Below, piece by piece: positions 10,001 through 17,912 of a stretch of 64,000 nucleotides of DNA. Source of the stretch: Candidatus Aminicenantes bacterium (GTDB taxonomy: Bacteria > Acidobacteriota > Aminicenantia > UBA2199); contig DAOWCY010000005.1 of the NCBI GenBank assembly GCA_030639305.1, positions 1,789 to 65,788 on the forward strand, in the 5' to 3' direction. The notes under the pieces are model-generated. The model searched no databases and had not been told where the DNA came from. It saw only the letters and a program-made list of their open reading frames with translations. The position numbers and the translations under genes were made by a program. Within the stretch, counting starts at the first letter, position 1, and every line of letters begins with the position of its first letter.

Positions 10001-13000
10001 TATCTTTATTGGCTGCAGTTACGCTATTTCCAGGAAAAGTACCGGGATATAAAAAGGGGAAAGGTTAAACAGTTTTTAAAAGAGCTGTCTTCCGTTTTAA
10101 TTGATCCAACTTCAAAGAGAATAAAAAAAACATTAAAGAATTCAGATTGGTTATTAAGCAGCACAGCTATAACGATTGCCAATGTGTTAAACATCGATGA
10201 AAAGAACATACTTGTAATAATCAACGATTTTTTATCCTATAATATGCCCCACGAAATCTATCGTTACCTGGTGAATTACTTCAATCACAAACCGCTATTC
10301 GAGTTTCTTTTTACCCGATACTCTGAGTTGGATGAGTCAACTGTGGAAGCTATCCCCAGGAAATTACAATATTTTTTAGAACGGGTGGAAAAGCGAGCCG
10401 CTGATTTCAAAAAAGCGAATATCGAAAACCTGGATAGGATCAGCCGTTTTTATAGAAAAATCCTGGAAGCAGCGGAAATAGACAGCCTAATTGAAATGCA
10501 GCGGAAAGATATGGATATTTTTAAACCACTATACGAATTGGAAACAGCAGGTTTCGAGATAAGGCAAGAATTGAAGGACTTATTAAAGAGAGTTGTTGGT
10601 ATAAAATTTAAACGTATCGAAGACGAAATTTATCTATCGAGAAAAAATTTACTCATAGACGATTTGAAAAAAGAGATAGGCCTGGTAATGGAAGATAGCA
10701 GAAAAAAGGCGCATTTAGATAATAAATTTGTCACCCGGATATGTGAGCGATGGATGGAGATATTAGACCGGGAACAGGAGAAATATAATTCTGAAATCAA
10801 CCTGGTTCTCCTGGAAACAGAGATCGTTTCCGATATCACTCTAAAATATGGGATAATAACATTAGAGAACCGCGGCGGCTGTAAGGCAGAAAATGTGAAA
10901 CTGAAAGTCCGGGCAGAGGATCTCGTCAGCATGAGAGAAACTCCCTCTATAATAGAGATAAAGGCGGGGCCGAGGAAAGAAATTACTGTCCCATTAAGTA
11001 AATTGGTAGAAAACCCGGGGCAAAAAAAAGGGAATTTCCAGGTGCAGGTTGAGATTTCCTATCAAGATATAAATGGCAACGAAAGGTTCGTAAAGTACCC
11101 GGTGAAGTTGAAACTGATGGCCTCTGAAGATTTCAAAACAATGAGAGAATGGGACAAATATCAAAAGATGTATCCCGATCTATTCTTTTACCCTGCCTAT
11201 TATCCAAATAAGTATGATGGAATCCAAAAAAGTGTTAACGAATTAGTAGAAGAAAAGAGAGGGCTTCTATTTTTAGAAGGTGGTGAAGGAACAGGGCGGA
11301 GGAGCCTGCTGCTCACGTTGAGCCTGGAGATGCAGCCCGATGGCAATTATAGCAGTTTCTATATCGAGATTGCCCCCGACATAAAAAAAATTCCCCAAAA
11401 AAAGAACAGGCTCAATAAAATACTGCACATGTTGATCGAGAAAATAATAGGAGAAGATTTTCAATCGCTCCACGAGACCGTTAAATACAAGGAGAAGCTC
11501 TTAGATCAAATTGCTGCCACAGAAACAACCCTGGTCTTTTTTATAAACAAACTGGATGAATTGGACCAGGATTCCCTGGTAAAATTGTATGGATATTTAG
11601 AAGACATCTCCAACCAGGCGGTGGTCATAGCAGCAATCAATATCAATATTGTCAGGCTGTTCAGGCAAATCAATGACAAAACCGATGTCATCGACATTAC
11701 CAGGATAGACGAGGGCGATCAACAAAATGTTTTCAAACAAAAATTGGGCGAAAACTATCTCGACTTTATGCCTGAGAATTGGGAATTCCTGGTGGGAGAT
11801 CATGCGTATTCCACATTTGTATTAAGTAATGTCCTGGCCGGGAAGAAGGAAAAGTTAAGCTTCGATAAATGTGTCGATAAAATGTGGGCCTTTTCGCGGG
11901 ACGAGATTAAAAATCACAAAAAAGATTATTATGGTAATATCTGGAACACCCTCTCCCTGAACGAAAAATTAATCGTTTATGCTTGTGCCGTGGAGGATTG
12001 TGAAATAGAGATCGAGCACATAAAACCGGGATTGATTGTAGGCAAAGACCCCTTCCTGGCTAAGGGGAAGTTGCAGCGGTATGGTATTATTGCAAAAGTT
12101 AAGGAAGGTGGCACAATAGTTGACAAGTTTCGTATAGATGAAAATATGATATTCAACGAAGATAGCATCGCTTATATTAAGCGAGCCCGGGACAGGATGA
12201 AACTTTTAATGGATACCAGGGAGGGATATTTCAGGGTAAAGGTGCAGACCGCAAAGACCATGTTGGATAAAAATAGCTATTTGCGGATCGTTTTAGCCAA
12301 CTATCTTTATGATGAGGAGCGGCTGGAGAAAAAATTAGAAGAACTATGTTCCCGGGGTATCCTGCGTAAGATAAAGATCGGGGGGGGCGGGATTTACTAT
12401 GCACATAACGACTATTTTTTTATGATCTACCTGCTGCGTGAGTTCCCGGGATATAATAGATTAGTGGCACAGGGAGACTTAATAACCGCATACACGCTTC
12501 AGGAGATCCGCTGTGCTGTAACAGACCAGTTCAAAACCCAGAGGGAGTTGAATCAATTCCTGGAGTTTTTGGGAATCAATGTGAGTCAGCTAAAAATACT
12601 GGAAAACCTAACCAATTCCTGGGAATGGGCGAAATCGGATAGGCATGCGGATATTGAAACTTTTTATTTCCTTTTAGAAAAGACATATCATTTAGGGAAG
12701 TTTAAGAATCACTCGAAATTAAATCATTTCGATCATTTCCATGAAGGTTTTTACCGGTTCATGCTCCCTGCCATAACCCAACTGAATAATGTAATCCTTT
12801 ATGTGGTCAGCGGTGAAGAGGTCGAAATCACGCAGCTTGACAGCCGGTTATCTGTTGTTTTAGATGAGTACAAACTGGTTTCCGGGTCGGAATTGATATT
12901 TATCGTCACCTTATTCGATAGAATGGAGTTTAAACTGGATATCGATAAACACAAAATGAATATCGTGCTGTTAGATGAAAACAGCCTGAAGAAGTACATC

Positions 13001-14308
13001 CAATCCACCAAAAAGGAACTGGAACTGCTGCACCAGATGTCACGTTACCTGGACCTGCGCACATTATCCCCGTATCGTTACACTAAAGGTGTAATGGGAG
13101 ATATGTTCGTGGGTCGAAAAAAAGAATTAGCCAAAATTTTCAACAAACCGGATAAAGATTATACCATTTTCGGCGAACGCCAGATCGGTAAAACCTCCTT
13201 GTTAAAACAGGTAGAGTACCAGTGCAAAGTACGAGGTGAACAAGCCGGCATCTACGCCGTATTTATCGACTTATTCGATGTCTCCACCGGTAAAAAATTC
13301 TTCGAGAAGTTAAGCAGCAATCCGGACCTGGAAAAATTCCGCGCAGGGAGTAAAAAAAGGAAAATAGAAAATATGACAGCTTTTGAAGAACTCCTGGCAG
13401 ATTTTCTGAAAGAAAATGAAAGAGCAAGACTCATTTTTCTTGTCGACGAAATCGATGATTTATACGGCAATTGTTTTGTCAGGTGCCCCAATTGCGACGC
13501 CAAACAATTGGTGCGGACTGAAAACTATAATATGGTGGCCACAGATTTCAGGTGTTCTTTCTGCGGCCTGGAAGACCCTCCCCTGGATTTAAAGGAAAAA
13601 GCAGAGATCGAAGGGGTGCAGGAGATATTTGCCGGTTTTCGCAGCCTGTCGCAGATCTATGATGAGAGGTGCCAGTTTGTTTTCACCGGTTTTAAGATTT
13701 TGTATCAAATACATTCCCATCATGGTGCGGAGCTTTTTAACTTTACCGAAAATTTAACCCTGGAAAAATTGGAGTATGAAGATTTAAAAAGTTTGATTTT
13801 GGAGCCGATGAAACGATTGGGTATCGGTTTCACCTCCGAAAGTGATGTCATCGAAAGAATTTATAATGAGAGTTTCAGCGGTATTCCCTGGATCGTCCAG
13901 TATTACTGCGGGGAGATCATCGAAAAATTAGCTGATCTTGCAGTTAGAGAAGTATCGGTGGATTTGATCGACGAGATCACCCTTAAAGTAAAGCCGGAGG
14001 TAGAAAAAAATCTGAAAAACGCCGTAGTGACATCCAGGGAATGGGGGGTCTACAATCTCATCAAGCAGTATCGAAAATATGGTGGTGATGTGTTGGGTGG
14101 GGAATTCAGGATAGAGGATTTGTTGGAGTACCAGGATATGATGGAAATAAAGCCCGACCAGTTGCTTCGTCAAGCTGAATTAGAGCATTATCTCGATCTA
14201 TTCAGCCGCTGTTTTTTCCTGGATAAGGAATTAAAAATACAGGGGAAGAAGCCCAAACCGGAGCTTTATTATGTGCTTAAAATTAATCCCGATGTGTTTG
14301 AAATTTAG
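7091..14308 (+). CDS. Giant (2405 aa) multidomain protein. It contains beta-propeller-like repeats, helical regions, an Ig/CARDB-like segment, a degenerate P-loop, and a C-terminal Arch_ATPase-type P-loop NTPase domain carrying an inserted CxxC...CxxC zinc ribbon.
   Basis: Uninterrupted 7.2-kb ORF. Propeller-like segments (e.g. NIFLAAGCDQGSLIFLDD...GNGDIYFFSEHGN). CARDB-like segment (LENRGGCKAENVKLKV...). GGEGTGRRSLLL (degenerate Walker A). FVGRKKEL...GERQIGKTSLL (Walker A) with RLIFLVDEIDDL (Walker B). CPNCDAKQ...CSFCG zinc ribbon. AT-rich composition. Confidence 0.7.
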   Translation: MQEKIDLKDLAKRIDEKRFFITEIINFKDHFEDSIIFVYPLVFPDPAGENLGNRVRFIAILDSFKLCLFDLLIDGEKIGLNAQKSIDLRNFLNRDILKVKITGFLGLRVEFQGMARIPYVYLDLEYYSAGEDKKDIKSEGDFSNATVNFSLSHIEPFDEADDVGQDTDKFKLPFSHFHDKQVKNINIGEFPDHIKSIYIREGRSDNTLVLQSWNPNKADEEILPEKIKDYHVLALYSDKDYIYASSENERIYKLNYSGGIVRDFHPRDYAFALSLIKTGDYLYAAMSDRTICRIDIKKSDGEILFKTLVSYPKFLVPLGKDKLMVTTDKKELIIFKTHGEVETNEQVVFENIRIALEKEKGDVRAICEYIIKEAPIETEEEIPALEFAAYTWSAYYPKDLFTPLKKLIYVINREFRKSTGKGDIISQYIRWHQEIIFKNIKDYSILLKEYYLTTRDSYRRKLLLLSENFTEVKNELHFFSWNGSGSEREHKLNLFGLYACYKGGLFIEYVKTLEKIGGKAKSAEVEGALSCLKITDPGDDLQQIAVVESRDRDLYLLEKEYFEGNASPHRFVFLDKIYQVRKIEIVGKSSGKRYLFCIDGSSDFKVFDLIDKEKQEPYKREFDDFICDFEVYPVPFENKNYELIVLGFRNSGFGIYLFDFEQPGKLALLHSEHLQNDWIRDLEIFHKQGFDFKLAAVGYKRKKLYQFDLRLSPIKEEKDFAVELEKNGERRSPRPLLCVKYHTTKEGNIFLAAGCDQGSLIFLDDRLNIKWCQELGDGVRHIKEFVCEDGEKELVVELGNGDIYFFSEHGNIRREIKFGKPLFAVDTALLDKEKGKGHLIAGIENDLIIYEDNRQEIVETKNRLRKSEPAARIEEEILEICDEVIKEYEDTASPVLNAAESLQYYYQLPSFDYLIEMFHKNPEYLSDYYRKDKAMFRQLLGIKIEEQISAGFGDLEKILLQMVKNFPEDQYLYWLQLRYFQEKYRDIKRGKVKQFLKELSSVLIDPTSKRIKKTLKNSDWLLSSTAITIANVLNIDEKNILVIINDFLSYNMPHEIYRYLVNYFNHKPLFEFLFTRYSELDESTVEAIPRKLQYFLERVEKRAADFKKANIENLDRISRFYRKILEAAEIDSLIEMQRKDMDIFKPLYELETAGFEIRQELKDLLKRVVGIKFKRIEDEIYLSRKNLLIDDLKKEIGLVMEDSRKKAHLDNKFVTRICERWMEILDREQEKYNSEINLVLLETEIVSDITLKYGIITLENRGGCKAENVKLKVRAEDLVSMRETPSIIEIKAGPRKEITVPLSKLVENPGQKKGNFQVQVEISYQDINGNERFVKYPVKLKLMASEDFKTMREWDKYQKMYPDLFFYPAYYPNKYDGIQKSVNELVEEKRGLLFLEGGEGTGRRSLLLTLSLEMQPDGNYSSFYIEIAPDIKKIPQKKNRLNKILHMLIEKIIGEDFQSLHETVKYKEKLLDQIAATETTLVFFINKLDELDQDSLVKLYGYLEDISNQAVVIAAININIVRLFRQINDKTDVIDITRIDEGDQQNVFKQKLGENYLDFMPENWEFLVGDHAYSTFVLSNVLAGKKEKLSFDKCVDKMWAFSRDEIKNHKKDYYGNIWNTLSLNEKLIVYACAVEDCEIEIEHIKPGLIVGKDPFLAKGKLQRYGIIAKVKEGGTIVDKFRIDENMIFNEDSIAYIKRARDRMKLLMDTREGYFRVKVQTAKTMLDKNSYLRIVLANYLYDEERLEKKLEELCSRGILRKIKIGGGGIYYAHNDYFFMIYLLREFPGYNRLVAQGDLITAYTLQEIRCAVTDQFKTQRELNQFLEFLGINVSQLKILENLTNSWEWAKSDRHADIETFYFLLEKTYHLGKFKNHSKLNHFDHFHEGFYRFMLPAITQLNNVILYVVSGEEVEITQLDSRLSVVLDEYKLVSGSELIFIVTLFDRMEFKLDIDKHKMNIVLLDENSLKKYIQSTKKELELLHQMSRYLDLRTLSPYRYTKGVMGDMFVGRKKELAKIFNKPDKDYTIFGERQIGKTSLLKQVEYQCKVRGEQAGIYAVFIDLFDVSTGKKFFEKLSSNPDLEKFRAGSKKRKIENMTAFEELLADFLKENERARLIFLVDEIDDLYGNCFVRCPNCDAKQLVRTENYNMVATDFRCSFCGLEDPPLDLKEKAEIEGVQEIFAGFRSLSQIYDERCQFVFTGFKILYQIHSHHGAELFNFTENLTLEKLEYEDLKSLILEPMKRLGIGFTSESDVIERIYNESFSGIPWIVQYYCGEIIEKLADLAVREVSVDLIDEITLKVKPEVEKNLKNAVVTSREWGVYNLIKQYRKYGGDVLGGEFRIEDLLEYQDMMEIKPDQLLRQAELEHYLDLFSRCFFLDKELKIQGKKPKPELYYVLKINPDVFEI

Positions 14309-14328
14309 CATTGAAAAAGGAGTAAAAA

Positions 14329-16197
14329 ATGGAGCCAAAAGAATTATGCTGGAACAGTAGAACCGGTGAGAGCATTATAAAGGCAGACAGAGATTTTCGG
14401 GAAATTATTGGTTTTCTCGGCGTGAAAGACCCGGATAAGTTTATTATGGCGTTTTACTCTTACTTCGATAAAGAGACAAAAGCATTTATGCAGGTAATAA
14501 AAAAACTATTTGAAGAAATTAGACCGAAAAATTTTCAATGGCTCGATAAGGAGATCAGTTTCTCAGAAAATACGCCGGAGAAATCCCCGGAAAAGATACT
14601 GGAAGAATTACGAGATATTCCTGATTATCACAGCGGTGTTGTTACCCTCTTTGAACCCATAGACTACGGTTATGTTGACGAGATGAGAAAATATGGTTTT
14701 CATATGTCATTAACCAATTTATTTTCTTCTCGCAATTTTAAATTGTTTTTATTTGGAAACATTGCTTATGACCTCCATTACGTTCAACAAAACAGCCCAT
14801 TAAACCAGTATGTCAAAGAGTCTTATAAAATTTCCGGGTATAAAGATAATGAAATCAGATTTCTTTCAGCGGCCCAAAAAAATATTTTCAAAAAGATTTC
14901 AGATAAATGTGAAGATGGCTTCGATATTGTATCATTTGATGTTGTTTCGAGTCTCGAAAATTTCTGGGAAGAGATTAATTTAGAGAAACGGGTGGTGGAA
15001 TTGGTGGAAAGATTTATGGAAGTTCCTATTAAAACTGAAATTGAAAGACAAGCGATGAAAAAATTATCCGGTTTGCAACAGTTTTTGAAGAACAAGGGAG
15101 AACTGGTCAAGGGCCAAATAAAACCATCCGATGATGGGGGGAAAATCATTATGAATGTAAGTGGGGAGTCTGATCTATTTAAAGCCTATTTTGATAGGAC
15201 AGCCTTATTCAACATTGAAAGGATCGCGAGTGGTCAGAAGTATATATTTACCCCGAAAGAAATTTTCAAAGCGGTTTTCTCCAATAGTGATTTTATGAAT
15301 AAAAAGATAGATGTTCCACAAGAACCGGATGAAAAAACAAATGAAAAATTTAAACATATAGCAGATTTCTTTAAAGCCAGGAAACCTATGTTTTTATTGG
15401 GTACCGGGACATCATTGATGTCGGGAGCGCCGGACCACCAGAATTTTATCCGGCAAATATCGGGTATCGATAAAGACGACAAATTAAAACCTAAAGAGTT
15501 GTTCCTGGAGTTTGACAAATATATGGAGAAAATCGCAACAGTATTCGATATCAGGCAAAAAATGATTCCGCTGCTAAGTCAATTGAAACCCAGCATCGGT
15601 CACTTCTTCCTGGCTCAATTGGTCGAAAGGAAGTACACTGATGTTATAATAACTACGAATTATGATACCCTGATCGAAGATTCCCTGATGGATTTCGGTA
15701 TCAGATCAAGTAAATTTTTGAAAATCGTAGGAAGCACGGACAAAAAATGGGATTGGAAATGGGTGAATGATCTACAAGACGATCCCTTGAAAATTTTTAA
15801 GATATGTGGTGATGTATTACATGGGGAGAAGTTTGCCATAAAGTCCAAAGATGCAGAAACGTTTATATCAACGGCTGTTAAAGAATTGGAAACCATAATC
15901 AAAACCCCGAAACGAAATATGTTTATCATTTTAGGTCATGCGTTGAAGGAAAACAGTATTTTCGATTTGTTATTCAAATATAGTACCGAAAATACAGTTA
16001 TTGTTTATGTTAACTGCAACCCCTTTGAAGCAGCATTAGATAATGGGGAACCGTGTCCCGGTTTCAGGAAAGCTGTAAAGGCTAAAAAAATTAATAAAAA
16101 TGGTGCCAGAATATTTGAAATAGATAACCCGCATTACGGCCTATTTGATAATTTTATGGAACGCCTCTACCACGAATTGAAAGTCCCCGGCAAATAG
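14329..16197 (+). CDS. SIR2-like (SIR2_2 family) domain protein with a ~340-aa N-terminal domain of unknown function. Probable NAD+-consuming effector.
   Basis: RBS AAGGAG 10 nt upstream; 20-nt gap after the giant gene. SIR2_2 motifs MFLLGTGTSLMSGAPD, VIITTNYDTLIEDSL, VLHGE (catalytic His context) and MFIILGHAL. Confidence 0.75.
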   Translation: MEPKELCWNSRTGESIIKADRDFREIIGFLGVKDPDKFIMAFYSYFDKETKAFMQVIKKLFEEIRPKNFQWLDKEISFSENTPEKSPEKILEELRDIPDYHSGVVTLFEPIDYGYVDEMRKYGFHMSLTNLFSSRNFKLFLFGNIAYDLHYVQQNSPLNQYVKESYKISGYKDNEIRFLSAAQKNIFKKISDKCEDGFDIVSFDVVSSLENFWEEINLEKRVVELVERFMEVPIKTEIERQAMKKLSGLQQFLKNKGELVKGQIKPSDDGGKIIMNVSGESDLFKAYFDRTALFNIERIASGQKYIFTPKEIFKAVFSNSDFMNKKIDVPQEPDEKTNEKFKHIADFFKARKPMFLLGTGTSLMSGAPDHQNFIRQISGIDKDDKLKPKELFLEFDKYMEKIATVFDIRQKMIPLLSQLKPSIGHFFLAQLVERKYTDVIITTNYDTLIEDSLMDFGIRSSKFLKIVGSTDKKWDWKWVNDLQDDPLKIFKICGDVLHGEKFAIKSKDAETFISTAVKELETIIKTPKRNMFIILGHALKENSIFDLLFKYSTENTVIVYVNCNPFEAALDNGEPCPGFRKAVKAKKINKNGARIFEIDNPHYGLFDNFMERLYHELKVPGK

Positions 16198-16254
16198 AAA
16201 GCTAAGTAGATGATGGCGCTGCCTGTGCCTGATAGTTTTTCTAAGGTGGCTTTT

Positions 16255-16400
16255 TTTGTGTATTTGTTAATGAATAACATACTCGTAAGTATCATACTTT
16301 AGAGTATGTTAATCAGGTGCGCATTCACGGCGAATTATCGGGCCGGGTTATAATAAGGGTAGGACAGCCCCAGCGCCAGCTTTCAGCCCCAGCCGGGGCT
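16255..16400. repeat. Copy 1 of a repeated ~150-bp 3' element containing a long imperfect palindrome (AACATACTCGTAAGTATCATACTTTAGAGTATGTT at 16276-16310).
   Basis: About 85% identical to 17746-17895. The same order of blocks (palindrome, AATTCGCCG, CCAGCGCCAGCTTTCA) appears in both copies. Confidence 0.55.
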
Positions 16401-16403
16401 AAG

Positions 16404-16516
16404 CGGTTTGCTGAACCGCGTCCTCGCCGCAAATGGCTTTGAAACCGGGGGGAATCTCAGTTTGAAACCCTTTTCCCGAAAATAATATATACTCGATATT
16501 CTTGTCCGCTTCACGG
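16404..16516 (-). pseudogene. Remnant of the 3' end of a DUF234/Arch_ATPase-family gene (copy 1).
   Basis: Translates to ...EADKNIEYILFSGKGFQTEIPPGFKAICGEDAVQQTA*. It is homologous to the longer remnant at 24325-24545. Confidence 0.4.
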
Positions 16517-16588
16517 AGGTGTGTTAAATCCTCGCAAAAAAACAAGATTCTTACGTATCAGTGGCACAGATTTTCTGCTATTTTCCGA

Positions 16589-17602
16589 TTATTCATTTTT
16601 CTTCGCTTCCGCTAATTCAAAAAACTCATGAAGTTTGGCCTGGAGCAGTCTTTTGTCGATAAGTTTCGTTTCATAATCCGCTATTACCGCCGGGCTTATG
16701 TTTCGACTCAGAGCATACTCAACTACTTCCGAATCCTTTCCTTTGCAAAGCAAAATCCCGATACTGGGGTTTTCATGCGGTTTCTTTACATCCCGGTCTA
16801 ATGCCTCCAGGTAAAAATTCATCTTCCCCAGGTATTCAGGCTTGAACTTTTCGATTTTGAGATCAAAGGCCACTAGGCAGGAAAGCTCCCGGTGAAAAAA
16901 AAGAAGATCGATGTAATAATCATGCATCCCAACCTGGAGACGAAATTCCTCAGCGACGAAAGAGAAATCTCTACCAACTTCAAGAATAAATTTTTTAAGG
17001 TTATTAATGATCGATTTTTGCAGGTCGTTCTCAGTAAAGGGGTCCGGCAAATCCAGGAATTCAAGCAAGTACTTATCTTTAAAAACGTTACCGGCAGAGG
17101 GATAAAACTGCTCTACCGATGTCGATGTTTTTCGGTTAGACAACATCGTTCGTTCAAAATAACCGCTGCTGATCTGCCTGTCTAATTCCCTGGCAGAATA
17201 ATTCTCCTTTACACTCAAGCGTAGATAAAATTCTTTTTCTTCGATGGTTTTCGTTTTCGATAAAATAAGTCTATTATTAGACCAGCTTAATTCTGTCCAC
17301 AGTGGGGACAGTTTTGAATAGTCTTTATAAGTCTCGTAAAACTGTTTCATTCTCCAGAGATTACGGCTTGTAAAACCTTTCAAGCCAGGGCCGGATTCCT
17401 GGATGAATTCGGCTAATCTCCGGACAACCCCCATTCCCCAACCTGATGCTTCTACTCTCTTGTTGATATATTCTCCAACTTCCCAATAAAGTTTGAGCAG
17501 TTCCTTGTTAACTACTCTTAAAGTTTTATCCCGGCTTTCTTTAATAAGATGTGTGATCTCTTTAAATTGTTCTTCTTCTCTTCGTGATATCGATTCAGCC
17601 AT
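16589..17602 (-). CDS. DUF1016 (YhcG-like) PD-(D/E)XK nuclease family protein.
   Basis: N-terminal WTELSWS(N) motif and the C-terminal PD-(D/E)XK context YIDLLFFHRELSCLVAFDLKIEKFKPEYLGKMNFYLEA. Confidence 0.75.
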   Translation of the reverse strand: MAESISRREEEQFKEITHLIKESRDKTLRVVNKELLKLYWEVGEYINKRVEASGWGMGVVRRLAEFIQESGPGLKGFTSRNLWRMKQFYETYKDYSKLSPLWTELSWSNNRLILSKTKTIEEKEFYLRLSVKENYSARELDRQISSGYFERTMLSNRKTSTSVEQFYPSAGNVFKDKYLLEFLDLPDPFTENDLQKSIINNLKKFILEVGRDFSFVAEEFRLQVGMHDYYIDLLFFHRELSCLVAFDLKIEKFKPEYLGKMNFYLEALDRDVKKPHENPSIGILLCKGKDSEVVEYALSRNISPAVIADYETKLIDKRLLQAKLHEFFELAEAKKNE

Positions 17603-17703
17603 AATGTTATAATAAATTACTCCTTAAAATTAAACTAACGCTAATAATATGCCACCTTTGGATAAAAAAGCCAACTCCGAAAGTTTCGTTAATTTAGGGA
17701 TGG

Positions 17704-17736
17704 GTCTTTTTCCGCCCCGGGCCGGGGACTTTTTCC
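17704..17736 (+). terminator. Terminator-like GC hairpin flanked by T runs (CTTTTTCC-GCCCCGGGCCGGGG-ACTTTTTCCCC).
   Basis: CCCCGG/CCGGGG stem with a T5 tract on the plus strand. An identical copy lies at 24270-24310. Confidence 0.4.
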
Positions 17737-17745
17737 CCAGGGTGG

Positions 17746-17895
17746 CTTTTTCGGTGTACCTGTTCACGAATAACATACTCATAAGTATAATACTTTAGAG
17801 TATGTTAGTCAGGTGTGCGTCCGCGGCGAATTATTATGAAAGCGGCAGGACAGCACCAGCGCCAGCTTTCAATCCCAGCTAAAGAGAATTAGCCT
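17746..17895. repeat. Copy 2 of the 3' element with the long imperfect palindrome (17772-17806).
   Basis: Aligned by eye to 16255-16400. It lies immediately 3' of the stop of gene 17913-19418. Confidence 0.55.
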
Positions 17896-17912
17896 GCTCT
17901 TTAAATTACACC

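Noticed and set aside
17746-17895. Considered whether the repeated 3' elements are integron attC sites, since they are imperfect palindromes downstream of cassette-like genes.
   Set aside because: The boundaries do not fit the RYYYAAC / GTTRRRY core sites. No intI-like integrase or attI is visible in the window.
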